Positions 37,547-47,772 of a stretch of 64,000 nt of DNA are shown here, in pieces. Both the position numbers and the translations under genes were made by a program. The stretch is from a virus, in the IMG/VR virus record IMGVR_UViG_3300006920_000004, positions 4,110 through 68,109 of that record; one strand, 5' to 3'. Below the pieces are notes generated by a model. The model ran no database searches. It saw only the letters and a program-made list of their open reading frames with translations, and had not been told where the DNA came from. Every line of letters starts with the position of its first letter. The first letter of the stretch is position 1.

Positions 37547-38773
37547 TTATTTAGTTTTAATTATGTAAGGAGATTTTTCTGCTCTCACTCTTTCTATTTC
37601 AGATGAATACCATTCTTGTAACTCAACGCTAGCAATTCTAGGGTCTTGTGCCAATTCAGAAATACACTTAGCTTCACTTTTGCCTGTATCAGCTAAGAAT
37701 TGGTATCTATTTTTAACCATGTCAGCAGTTACATCTTGACCTTTAAACATGATTTGCATTAGTTTATTACTTATTTTAAGTTTACTACTTTCAGTTTCTT
37801 TAAAATCTCTATCCTTTTCCATACGTTCAAATACAGCAGGTTTAGTTTTTAATCCATCACCAACAGGCTCGACAGTAGTTTCTGCTAATTGAATGTCTTC
37901 ACTAACGTCTTGAATACCTAATTCAAACTTCAATAACTTATATTGTTGCTTGTTCTTTTTAAAGTAAGCCACAGCTTCGTTAATATCAGTACCTACATTC
38001 TCTTCATTAAACATTAAGTAAGCACCAACTTTTTCAATAATAAACTTATCATTTTTAATAAGAACAGTACCTTTAGTAATAGTTACTTGCATTGAGTCTT
38101 CTAATTTCTTAGATACAGAAATATATTTCTCAATATCAGAATTAACTAAGGCTACACAATGATTGAATAAACTTCTTTCTTCGTAGCCACTAATATTTTT
38201 AACACCCCAAATGTAAGCAAAGTCAATTAACTTTTGTTTGTCATTTTCAAACCAAGACTTCAATTGAGAAGTAGCATCAATAACTAAGAAATTAGTTTCA
38301 GTTACTTTTTCAATTTTAGCTACGTTATCAATGTAATCAAATTTAACCAAGTTAAAATTCACGTTAGGGTTTAATTCTGCACCTGCTTCATTTCTAACAG
38401 ACACTTCATTATGAAGTTTAAGGAACGCTAATAATGCTTTGATATTATCGTTATCCTCTGGCGATAAACCATTTTCTACTGCTTCTGCACTTGAATCAAA
38501 ATAAGTAAAGCTAGTAAAGAATACTTTCTTATCACCTTCTGTCATAAATCCATTCAATTCAATTGAGTGAATCTTATTTCTTTCGGCAGCCTGTGACGAA
38601 TGTTCATCTAACCCACTAGGTAGATAATCTAATTTACGCAATACATTACCTTCTGAAATAAGGCAAGCCCAATCTCCTTTGTTTACGTTGGTGGTTCTCG
38701 CTTTCGTTTCAAACCTAATTTTTGGAGCAGCACTTAGGGCTTGCTTCGTTTTGATTGTTACTTCTCTTTTCAT
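37547..38773 (-). CDS. Hypothetical, probably virion/portal-associated protein
   Basis: 408 aa following portal. Confidence 0.5.
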   Translation of the reverse strand: MKREVTIKTKQALSAAPKIRFETKARTTNVNKGDWACLISEGNVLRKLDYLPSGLDEHSSQAAERNKIHSIELNGFMTEGDKKVFFTSFTYFDSSAEAVENGLSPEDNDNIKALLAFLKLHNEVSVRNEAGAELNPNVNFNLVKFDYIDNVAKIEKVTETNFLVIDATSQLKSWFENDKQKLIDFAYIWGVKNISGYEERSLFNHCVALVNSDIEKYISVSKKLEDSMQVTITKGTVLIKNDKFIIEKVGAYLMFNEENVGTDINEAVAYFKKNKQQYKLLKFELGIQDVSEDIQLAETTVEPVGDGLKTKPAVFERMEKDRDFKETESSKLKISNKLMQIMFKGQDVTADMVKNRYQFLADTGKSEAKCISELAQDPRIASVELQEWYSSEIERVRAEKSPYIIKTK

Positions 38774-38790
38774 TGTTTGTTTGTTTTCTT

Positions 38791-40956
38791 TTATTGTTTA
38801 ATTTCTCCTTGTTGAGCCATTTCTTTTTGATGTTCTTGCTCAAGTAATTGTTGCATTAGTTTTTGGTCTATTTCTGCATCTTTATTCTCCATACTTGTAG
38901 CAGCACCAGTAGCAGCTATATTCTGTTGTGCTTGTGCTTGCATTGCTGAATTAGCAGCAGCAGCGTCTTGTTGTTGTTTAACAGCAGCTTGTTCGGCTTG
39001 TTGACGTAATAAAGCCATGTTATCAAGTATTTGCTCTACTGCATCAAGAGTTTCTGCTCTCATTATTTTAATGTACTCACGTTTAGCATCAGGATTAACA
39101 CCTGCTTCTTGAACAGTAATTTGACCTAATGTAGCTTTTACTTGTTCTGTTAATTGACTATCAAAATCAAATCTAATTTCAAAATCATCGTTAAGCATTT
39201 CTTGTACTGAATCCATTTTAAGTAATGTAGCAGCAGTATCACCTATTTGTAAGCTAAACGCTTCCTCGTCTTGGTCAGCAAGAACTAATCTTGTCTTGTC
39301 AACTCCTAAAGATATTACATCTTGAAAAAAGGTAGTTAAGCCACCGTATAACCATTGTGTACCTGTTTCGGCACTAAGTATATTATTTTGTAATTGAGCC
39401 TCACCAACGTAGTTAGAAGAACCTAAACGAGATTGAATAGGCATATTAAGTACATCTGCAAGTACGTTATCCCAATATTGTAATTGACCTAAATATAATT
39501 GAACATTAGGGTCAACAGTCATATCAAGAATTTCAATCATCTTGTTAGTTTTTTCTTGCCCTGCTTCTACTTCTGTTCTGTTCCCTACTAATATACCTTG
39601 CTGTTTCATCATAGCAAGCATATCGGGAGTTTTCATAAAGTCAGGTAATTGAGAAGTATCTACGAAAGGAATTTTACCCATTGCCCTAGCTAACATACCT
39701 TGCATAGTAGTAGTTAAGGCATCTTTCATATCTTGAATTTTATGTACAAGCATTACAACACCCATATTGCTACCAAGTAATGTGAAAGGAGTAAAGGCAC
39801 AAAAATCTAATCTACGTCTTGACTTATCTCTTTTATCAGAAACACTATTAGGTTTAATACCACAGTTTCTTAAATATTTATTTCCAATTAATTGTCCTTG
39901 TCTAATACACTCAACGGGAACGCCATCAATATAAGTAATAGAACGCCATTCAACGTCTGCTACCCATACTTTAGGAACAGTAGTCATATTAGAATACCAA
40001 TTAATAAAATTCCAACCTTGAACGTAAGGGGCTTGTGCATTACCAGTATTCATAGCAATTGCTTCTAAATCCTCTACTTCTTCTTTAGTAAAATCAAATC
40101 TAGCAACAATATCAGCAACAGAGTAAGGTTTAAATTCACCTGCTAAAGCATCGTTAATATGATGGTCTTCATTACGAGTCATATCAATAATAGCATATTC
40201 AGGTTCTACAACCCTCATATATACTCTACCTTTACTTTCGTAAATTCTAATTAAAGAACGCCCTCCAATAAAACAATATTGAGCAGCCTTTAAAAATAAA
40301 TCAAAGTAACGATTACGATATAAGAAGTCTTTACCTATATTTCTATAAGCAAACTCCATTTCATCCATAAAACTTTTAAAGTATTTTTGTATACTCATCT
40401 CATCGTTAATATTTAAACCTTGAGGTATTTCTAATTCAATATTACCTAATTCCTTTTGGTCTAATAAAAACTTTTTAGCATCTACAACTGACTTTAATAC
40501 GTTTAATTTTAAAGCTTTCCTACTTAATATTCCCTCACTAATACCATTAGCTTGAAGTATTTTAGGTAAAGGCTTAAATTGTTGGCGACACTTACCATCA
40601 AAATAACGAAACATAGCAGATATTTCAAGTCCACGCCACATTGGTATTTGAGTTGCAGCATTTGTCGCATCTTTAGAAGCCCATTCGTATTCAGTATTAT
40701 ACTGTAATCCGTAAATATAACGAGCAGCAAATACATATTGGTCTATAAATCTTGTGTTTATTCTATCATAAGGGTCGCCAATAGCACCTCTCATTTGAGT
40801 AGATACAATAGGTTGATTATAAGAAGTACCTACAATCCATCGAATATTTCTAGCATAATCAGAGCCTTCCCACTCTCTCCTATCATTTGATTGATTAGGT
40901 TGTATTGAAGGAGAAGCCCCTCCCGATATAACTTCATTTATTAGTTTCGATTTCAT
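38791..40956 (-). CDS. Portal protein
   Basis: 721 aa directly after terL; helical, Q/A-rich C-terminal barrel. Confidence 0.85.
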   Translation of the reverse strand: MKSKLINEVISGGASPSIQPNQSNDRREWEGSDYARNIRWIVGTSYNQPIVSTQMRGAIGDPYDRINTRFIDQYVFAARYIYGLQYNTEYEWASKDATNAATQIPMWRGLEISAMFRYFDGKCRQQFKPLPKILQANGISEGILSRKALKLNVLKSVVDAKKFLLDQKELGNIELEIPQGLNINDEMSIQKYFKSFMDEMEFAYRNIGKDFLYRNRYFDLFLKAAQYCFIGGRSLIRIYESKGRVYMRVVEPEYAIIDMTRNEDHHINDALAGEFKPYSVADIVARFDFTKEEVEDLEAIAMNTGNAQAPYVQGWNFINWYSNMTTVPKVWVADVEWRSITYIDGVPVECIRQGQLIGNKYLRNCGIKPNSVSDKRDKSRRRLDFCAFTPFTLLGSNMGVVMLVHKIQDMKDALTTTMQGMLARAMGKIPFVDTSQLPDFMKTPDMLAMMKQQGILVGNRTEVEAGQEKTNKMIEILDMTVDPNVQLYLGQLQYWDNVLADVLNMPIQSRLGSSNYVGEAQLQNNILSAETGTQWLYGGLTTFFQDVISLGVDKTRLVLADQDEEAFSLQIGDTAATLLKMDSVQEMLNDDFEIRFDFDSQLTEQVKATLGQITVQEAGVNPDAKREYIKIMRAETLDAVEQILDNMALLRQQAEQAAVKQQQDAAAANSAMQAQAQQNIAATGAATSMENKDAEIDQKLMQQLLEQEHQKEMAQQGEIKQ

Positions 40957-40995
40957 TTCATTGCAAATTTACATTAAAAAATTATATTATCAAAA

Positions 40996-43026
40996 TTATC
41001 CTTCTTTCAGTTCCCATTTAAACTCACCATTCACATATTTACTAACCCACATTTGAGATTTTACTTTTTCTTTTGCTACATTTTGAGTATCGGGGTCAAA
41101 GTTTCCACAAGCCATACAGCCTACACCATAAGCATCGGACAAATCCGTATTGGCTGTTCCGTATTTAAGTAAGTTTTCTACTATTCTTTGAGAGTTTATT
41201 TTATGACCGTATAGCCTTAAATATTTATTCATAATAGAAGTTCTATAATCTTTATTGTTCCCATCAATGTAAATACCATAAGCATCTCCACTTTTTTCAA
41301 GTAGTTTGTCGGTATTGTGTTTCTTTAATTGACGAATAAGTATCTTTTGTTGCCCTTCTGTTTCAAATAAATCAGTAATGGTACTTCCTGCACTTGCGTT
41401 TCTTTCGGGATAAGCCCTACACCCTCCAAACTTATTATAATACATACATACCCATAAAGCAACCTTTTCTACAATGTATCTTTTTTCGGGTCTAATTGAA
41501 ATATTAGCCACATCAACATATTGATTATCGCCTGTAATTTTATGCACAACAATAGAAAATTCAGATTTAACCTTACCTTTTTCAGAACCATCGGCATTTT
41601 TATTTGTACTGTTAATAGCCGTACTAGAAGCATCAAGTCCTACACGATACAAATGGTGTTCTTCTGGGTGTTCAAATACCTCAACAGTAAACTGCCCATC
41701 TTCATTAGTAGGTGTTAATTCTATTTCTTTAGTACCATTATGCCTAAGAATATTATACTTAGGTTGTGTAGTTCCTTTTAATTCTTTTAATCTTTTGTTC
41801 AGTATTTCAATTACATCGGGTTCTAATCCACCATCTTTTTCAATATTAAAAACGTGTTCAATATATCTAGGGTTTTGTCTTTGATATAAAACCTTTGCAC
41901 CATCTGTAAGAGATTCTAAGTTGTTCTCCCAAAACTTAATAGCTTCGTCTATTTTAGGCTCTCCATATTCATCAATAAATTGATTACCCCTACCACCTAA
42001 GTAGAAAGGTATAAACATTCTTTTTAGTTTAGATTTAGTAAATCCATTAGCATTTTTATCGTTTTCGTTACTATCTTCATAAATAGCTTGAGCATCTACA
42101 AGTGATTCAGAAGTAACATTTTCAGCAGTAGCAATAAGCCACATTTTACCAACTACTTTCGACCCAAAATCTTCCGTACATTGTGCTAAAGCTTTAGAGT
42201 GCCAATTAGATAAAGTCATATCCTTAATAGGCTTTAATGAAGCATATTCGTCTAAGAAGGCTCTCTTTAATTTCTTTCCTTGAATACCTGATATTTTAGT
42301 TGGCTTAACCATAAAACTTACAGCATTACCGCTTTCAATTCCATCGGCACTTTTCCAAGTAATGCTATCAATTGTACTTGCTCTGCTTAATGCAACTAAG
42401 TTTTCAGCAGGAGGGTCTATTTTAGAATGTTTATATTTCCATATAGGTAAACTTTCGTGTAGGTTTTCATTCGCAAAATGTGTTTTAGTAAAAATATCTT
42501 TTGCTTCATCATCATTTAACGCTTGAACTACATAAATACCCGAATCTGAAAGAATAGCATCTGCAAACATTTCTGCTTGAGCAATTTCCGATTTTCCAAG
42601 TCGCTTCATACTAAACACTATACCACCTGCACACTTTTCATCTTTAACACACAAGTCCATAAAATAGAACAAATCTCTTTGCGCTCTAGTATAAATAAAG
42701 TAATCGCTTGAAGAATCTTTTAGTTTCCAATGCGCTAAAGTAAAGTAATAAGAACCTGTAAAGTAATTTAACTTACCATTTATCCACACATAAATACCAT
42801 GCTTAATTCTTTTTATTTCTCTTGCATAAATATCAATAGACTCTTTCCTTGATAATTTAGTAAAATCAGGAAATGTAGGTCTTATCCACTTTTGTTCTTT
42901 CTTAGGCAACTCGGCATTTAAAATATCATGTAAGCCTTCTATTGGCTCATATACAATATATTCTAAATCATCAGTTCCTTCAAGTTTTATATTTCGTAAT
43001 ATTTTTCTATTTTCTTTCAAGAGCAA
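40996..43026 (-). CDS. terL: Terminase large subunit
   Basis: KRLGKS Walker A, FLDE Walker B, ATA motif, VGLD/ERN/D.SDA RNase H-like nuclease. Confidence 0.9.
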   Translation of the reverse strand: MLLKENRKILRNIKLEGTDDLEYIVYEPIEGLHDILNAELPKKEQKWIRPTFPDFTKLSRKESIDIYAREIKRIKHGIYVWINGKLNYFTGSYYFTLAHWKLKDSSSDYFIYTRAQRDLFYFMDLCVKDEKCAGGIVFSMKRLGKSEIAQAEMFADAILSDSGIYVVQALNDDEAKDIFTKTHFANENLHESLPIWKYKHSKIDPPAENLVALSRASTIDSITWKSADGIESGNAVSFMVKPTKISGIQGKKLKRAFLDEYASLKPIKDMTLSNWHSKALAQCTEDFGSKVVGKMWLIATAENVTSESLVDAQAIYEDSNENDKNANGFTKSKLKRMFIPFYLGGRGNQFIDEYGEPKIDEAIKFWENNLESLTDGAKVLYQRQNPRYIEHVFNIEKDGGLEPDVIEILNKRLKELKGTTQPKYNILRHNGTKEIELTPTNEDGQFTVEVFEHPEEHHLYRVGLDASSTAINSTNKNADGSEKGKVKSEFSIVVHKITGDNQYVDVANISIRPEKRYIVEKVALWVCMYYNKFGGCRAYPERNASAGSTITDLFETEGQQKILIRQLKKHNTDKLLEKSGDAYGIYIDGNNKDYRTSIMNKYLRLYGHKINSQRIVENLLKYGTANTDLSDAYGVGCMACGNFDPDTQNVAKEKVKSQMWVSKYVNGEFKWELKEG

Positions 43027-43366
43027 AGTTCCTTACGTCTTTATGTGTAACAATAGATTTATCTAAAGAATTTACTTCTTCAATAGTAAGTGTTTGCTGA
43101 ATAGCTTTTAATTTTTCATTTAAAGTATCTAATTGAGATAATACTTTTAAGGCTGTTTCTACATTCTGCCTAGAGTTTTCTTCTTCTAAACCACCTCTAA
43201 TAGTAAAAGGGTTTTTTATTATTTCCTCTGACAATGCCTTGATTTGACTATAATAAGTTTGCGCTACAATAAAATCGGGGCTAATAAAAGCCGAATTTAT
43301 TTTATCCTTAGTAGCCTTAGATAACTTGTCGTAATTTAGTTCTTTTTTTTCTTGTTCCGTAAGCAT
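43007..43366 (-). CDS. Probable terminase small subunit
   Basis: 119-aa helical protein overlapping the terL start. Confidence 0.5.
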   Translation of the reverse strand: MLTEQEKKELNYDKLSKATKDKINSAFISPDFIVAQTYYSQIKALSEEIIKNPFTIRGGLEEENSRQNVETALKVLSQLDTLNEKLKAIQQTLTIEEVNSLDKSIVTHKDVRNFALERK

Positions 43367-43433
43367 AATGTTTGTTTTTTAAGCTAGTACTAATTTCCAC
43401 GTTAGTACTAGCTGTTATTGTAATGTTTATTAG

Positions 43434-43901
43434 TTATAAGCAAATATAAGTTCCCGAAACATACCAATCATCGGCTACTGAAAGCGGATTTACGGGGGTG
43501 TTGTATTTAAAAGCTAAATCGTTAGTAGTTCCACCGTACCATAATAGCATATTAGTACTTAAAGGAATCCCTTCCCCAAGTATTCTATAATGCTGAACAG
43601 CAGAATCGTCATAAACTTGTCCATCTCTAAATACATATTGAACAGATGGAGCAAAAGGTAATGTTACTGAATACTGACCTGTGCCAAAGTTAGTAACAGT
43701 AGCACAATTAATATTTATAGTAAAATGCACAAGCCTTCCTATTTTAATATAAGAACCAGTTGCAGGATTAGAAGAATAAGTAAGCCCTGTTCCTGTCCAT
43801 ATTGGCGTATAAGACACAACATCGGAGTTTGCTCTATTATCTATATAATCATTAATTGAATCCATTACGGATTGTGGTATTGGTGTTTTTAGTATTGTCA
43901 T
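43434..43901 (-). CDS. Tail fibre-type beta-domain protein
   Basis: YTP.W...GSYIKIGRLV...LPF...SGTY pattern. Confidence 0.6.
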   Translation of the reverse strand: MTILKTPIPQSVMDSINDYIDNRANSDVVSYTPIWTGTGLTYSSNPATGSYIKIGRLVHFTININCATVTNFGTGQYSVTLPFAPSVQYVFRDGQVYDDSAVQHYRILGEGIPLSTNMLLWYGGTTNDLAFKYNTPVNPLSVADDWYVSGTYICL

Positions 43902-43902
43902 A

Positions 43903-44133
43903 TTAGTATTGCCATTGGGTTAGTAAAAAGTCTAAATTATTATTCATTGAAACAGTATCAGTATCACTTGAAATAAGAGAATCCACAATAGATAAACTAA
44001 CAAAAGGATAAAAAGAAATAAGGTTTGTAGGCTTATTCCCCCCTCTAGTATAGCTATTTGTAACATTACCTTCGCTTGATAATATTTTGTTAGTAATAGT
44101 CTTAAAAGTTGATTCATATCTTGGTCTAAGCAT
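43903..44133 (-). CDS. Small structural protein
   Basis: Likely start MLRPRY at 44133. Confidence 0.5.
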   Translation of the reverse strand: MLRPRYESTFKTITNKILSSEGNVTNSYTRGGNKPTNLISFYPFVSLSIVDSLISSDTDTVSMNNNLDFLLTQWQY

Positions 44134-44992
44134 TTCTTGTATTTTTATTAGTGTCAAATAATACTGAATTAATATAATCAAGGTTATTCTGAATATCACT
44201 TGCGCTATAAGTAGCACTTGTAAATGATTGTATATAAGGCATAGATAAACAAGTAACTGCTTTAATATAATTTGCTCTAAAATCTTCGCTTACATTATAA
44301 GTTCCATTAGCTAATGAATCGTTATATCCTTTAATGACATCGGTAGCATTAGCATCAGTCCAAAATGCAGAAGTAGAAGTATCTAAAAATGCTACTACAT
44401 AAGCAGTTCCGCTTACGGTAAAATCATCCATTGTAACTCCTGTAAAGGTTTGCCCTACATAATATTTAGAAGTAGAATTAACTGTTACAGAACTTCCTAA
44501 TGTACCTTGTACCAAGCAAAGACCATCAGGCAACGAATCACCGCTATTATATCTTGTGTTGTAAATTTCGTAACGAACATACCTAAAGTTATCTTGAAAG
44601 TAAGTATCTGCCTCGCCAATTGTACTAGGCGTATATACGCTAGTAATTTGAACGCTAGGAATAGTTAAGTTAGGCAAACAATAGTAGCCAGTAGCTTTAA
44701 CCACAACACCACTTGTAGGTAGTATAAAGTCAGCGTGTGCTACAAATATATCATTAGGATAATAAGTATGCCCATTAAGTAAAAGAGAACCGCTAACAAC
44801 AGTATATTCGGTATTAGCTAATAAAGAAGCAACCGTTGTAGCATTGAGAATACTATTATAAGTAGCAAATAAGTACCTAATGCCATTAATAGAGGAAATA
44901 CTAACACCAAGTGTAGCGTAATCCGTACTATCAGAAACGCTAATTGTTTCATTTGTATTCTTGTCATAAGAAATTATTATATCTGTTGCCAT
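44126..44992 (-). CDS. Structural (tail hub-like) protein
   Basis: Paralog of 34896-35771. Confidence 0.55.
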   Translation of the reverse strand: MATDIIISYDKNTNETISVSDSTDYATLGVSISSINGIRYLFATYNSILNATTVASLLANTEYTVVSGSLLLNGHTYYPNDIFVAHADFILPTSGVVVKATGYYCLPNLTIPSVQITSVYTPSTIGEADTYFQDNFRYVRYEIYNTRYNSGDSLPDGLCLVQGTLGSSVTVNSTSKYYVGQTFTGVTMDDFTVSGTAYVVAFLDTSTSAFWTDANATDVIKGYNDSLANGTYNVSEDFRANYIKAVTCLSMPYIQSFTSATYSASDIQNNLDYINSVLFDTNKNTRNA

Positions 44993-46257
44993 TATACGTT
45001 TACTATTTTAGATATTATGTACCAATGATAAAAACCTGTAATTGTATTTTGTCCGCCATATTTAAGAGTGATAGAGTCGTATGCCGCAGTAATAGTATAA
45101 CTAGTTGCACTGTTTATTCTTTCATTAGTAGCGTTAAATGGAAGTATTAAAGTGCTTGCTCCTGCCGATGCGTTTGTAATTATAAATTCATTCCCAACTG
45201 ATACAGTAGAAGTATCAGGTAATGTTATTGTTTTGCCAGAGGCGTTTACTAAAATAGTTCCTTCTGTTATTGGAACTGGATAATCTGCCGTAACTGTCTT
45301 TATTTTAGAAGTTCTAACAATTAAATCAGTAGCACTCATTGCTAAGTTACCACTAATTGCTATTTCTTCTGTGCTACCTACACCTGCGGTAATTCTTCCT
45401 AATATTCTTTTAGTTGCACTTACTGCTTGCATTTTAGCGTAAGTAACTGCGTTTGCAGCTATTGTTAAAGCTTCGCTTCCTACAACATCTCCTGTATGAG
45501 TAGCATTCCATTTATTAGTAGCTCCTGCTACAATATTATCAGCACCGATGGTTACTGTAGTTCCTGTTAGTCCGTTTAATGTTACGATTCCAACTGAAGG
45601 TGCTGCCCACGATGCATTACCACCTACTAACGTAAGGACATTGGTATTTGTTCCGCTGCCTGTTAAAGCATTTATTGCATCTTGTGCTGTTGATTTGCCT
45701 GTTCCTCCTTTAGCTATACTTAAAGGAGCAGTTGCTTTAAGAGCATTTACTTCAATATTTGAAGGAACTACATCTACTGTTAATAATCCTGAACTTGGAA
45801 CTAAGGTAACTTTACTGCTTCCTGCAACCATTGTAAACCATTCATTTGCAGTAGCAGCACTATTTGCTCTAAGAATTTGATAAGCAGTTCCTAATGTAGT
45901 AAGTCCATTACCACCTTTAGTATAAGGTACTGTTGGTAAATCTGCTGCTACCATTGCTCTCATTGTAGGTTTAGCAGAACCCGTAGATACTGCACTTGCA
46001 TAAATAAGATTAGAAGCAGTAGCTACTTTAGTAAAAGTAATTACGGGAGCAGTAGTAGGATTAGCTATACTTACATTAAGAAAGTCTGAATTAGTATCGG
46101 AATCAACTTCTGAAATAGAAGTTACGCTACCACTACTTACAGAAGCATCTTGTAAGGCTCTGATAGCTGCTTGTATTTGTGCTTGGCTTGTGGCAAAGTC
46201 TATAATTGTTAGTTCCTTTCCTGCTTCAGGAGTAGGAAGTGTAAATGTGCTTGGCAT
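44992..46257 (-). CDS. Tail fibre protein
   Basis: Ala/Thr/Gly-rich; KGGTG, GDV.G, NAVTYAKMQ motifs; leaderless start. Confidence 0.75.
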   Translation of the reverse strand: MPSTFTLPTPEAGKELTIIDFATSQAQIQAAIRALQDASVSSGSVTSISEVDSDTNSDFLNVSIANPTTAPVITFTKVATASNLIYASAVSTGSAKPTMRAMVAADLPTVPYTKGGNGLTTLGTAYQILRANSAATANEWFTMVAGSSKVTLVPSSGLLTVDVVPSNIEVNALKATAPLSIAKGGTGKSTAQDAINALTGSGTNTNVLTLVGGNASWAAPSVGIVTLNGLTGTTVTIGADNIVAGATNKWNATHTGDVVGSEALTIAANAVTYAKMQAVSATKRILGRITAGVGSTEEIAISGNLAMSATDLIVRTSKIKTVTADYPVPITEGTILVNASGKTITLPDTSTVSVGNEFIITNASAGASTLILPFNATNERINSATSYTITAAYDSITLKYGGQNTITGFYHWYIISKIVNV

Positions 46258-46300
46258 GGTACAAATATAATATTATTTTAATAAATATTCTCTTTTAATT

Positions 46301-46339
46301 AAAAAGCCCCTCTAGTATTTGTAGAGAGGCTCTTTTTTT
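46301..46339. terminator. Intrinsic terminator
   Basis: AAAAAGCCCCTCTA...TAGAGAGGCT with flanking A and T tracts. Confidence 0.7.
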
Positions 46340-46354
46340 ATATTTGATTAGTTA

Positions 46355-47425
46355 TTATTTGTATTCTATAAAAAATCTAACTTTAAGTCCTACTAATGCT
46401 GCATTTGGCTGCAATTGGAAAGATATAAATCTTGTTAGCCAAATATCTCTTAACACTGAACTAACTAAATTTTGACCTATATAATAATCCCCAATTATGT
46501 TTTCTAGTATTCCGCCTCCTCCAATGTTGGCAAAAGAAACTTCTTTATAAACAGTTCCTGCGTCACCTATGTTAGCAGTTAATACGTTTAGCCCTAAAAT
46601 TGCTCCCGAAACCACGCTATCTATATTATAATATGCGTCATAAACGCCTGTATTACTATTCCCTGCACTAACAAATGCCCCAGTAGATATATTATATCTA
46701 TTTAGTGTATTTGACTGATTTAAGCAAAAGTTTATTCCTCCATTATTTGAACTTAAATTTGTGTAAACTTTTATTTTAGTAATTTGATTCCATGTTGTTG
46801 ATGGCTTGAAAAATGCCTGTGGCGAAGCCCCTGCAAGCGTAGCAATGGAAACAAGCGGTTTGTTTATCCCGTCAAAAGACCACCCTGTTGAAGAATAATA
46901 AGAATCTCCTTCAATATAATTAGAAGCCCCATTTATAGCTAGAACTTTAGTTCCGCCTGTTGAAACTACCGTAATATCTCCACTATCATATTGATTAATT
47001 GCGGGTGGAGTCCATGTCCAAGCACCTGGAAGTGGATTTTCGTAACAAAAGAAAGTATAAGGCTTTCCATCGGAAGGAATTAAAGCACTTCCATTAACTA
47101 CTCCATTAATAGAGCCTCCTGTAACACTTGGATAAACTACGATTGGAAAACCACTTGTATTAATAATAGTAGAACTGTTCCCTTTTTTTGGAGGGTTAGG
47201 TAATCTACAAGCATAGTTTGTAGCACTTGCTGTAGTTATTACATTATAAGCATATTGCATATAAGTAGTAGTTGTAGCTGCTGTAGTGCCAGTCATTGCA
47301 GTAACAGTATTTATTGTATTGTTAGTAGCAGTTGCAAGAGCAATTAAATCATTTAAGATTGGTCTTAAATAACTATTTTGAGGGTCATTTATTAATTTTT
47401 GCGATTCTAAGGATATTGGATTCAT
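46355..47425 (-). CDS. Tail/head fibre-like protein with its own promoter and terminator
   Basis: 356 aa, Thr/Gly/Asn-rich beta protein. Confidence 0.55.
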   Translation of the reverse strand: MNPISLESQKLINDPQNSYLRPILNDLIALATATNNTINTVTAMTGTTAATTTTYMQYAYNVITTASATNYACRLPNPPKKGNSSTIINTSGFPIVVYPSVTGGSINGVVNGSALIPSDGKPYTFFCYENPLPGAWTWTPPAINQYDSGDITVVSTGGTKVLAINGASNYIEGDSYYSSTGWSFDGINKPLVSIATLAGASPQAFFKPSTTWNQITKIKVYTNLSSNNGGINFCLNQSNTLNRYNISTGAFVSAGNSNTGVYDAYYNIDSVVSGAILGLNVLTANIGDAGTVYKEVSFANIGGGGILENIIGDYYIGQNLVSSVLRDIWLTRFISFQLQPNAALVGLKVRFFIEYK

Positions 47426-47441
47426 AGTTGCAAATATAATA

Positions 47442-47684
47442 TTATTTTAATAAACTCTTATGTTTTTTAATATATTCTGTTAAAGCAGCACAAATAATTG
47501 CAGTTTCACCTTTAAGTCCATTTTGGTCTATAATTTCATACATATCAATAAGCTGATTAACACTTACCCTTGCTTGAATAACTGAACTAACATACATTCC
47601 TATACCTATTTTTTTAACGCATTTAAGCCTAATATCTTCGGGTAAAGCGTCAATTCTTATCTTTTGATTATTACTTAATTCCAT
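47442..47684 (-). CDS. Ribbon-helix-helix-like regulator (the 237-aa ORF call is over-extended)
   Basis: Start MELSNN at 47684; VIQARVS...AIICAALTEYI; TGTATTAC x2 beside its promoter. Confidence 0.55.
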   Translation of the reverse strand: MELSNNQKIRIDALPEDIRLKCVKKIGIGMYVSSVIQARVSVNQLIDMYEIIDQNGLKGETAIICAALTEYIKKHKSLLK

Positions 47685-47772
47685 AGTTGTATTACAATGT
47701 ATTACGCAAAGATATGAAAATAGTATTAATAAACAATAATAATATGACATTTGTAGCGAAAACAACCATATA

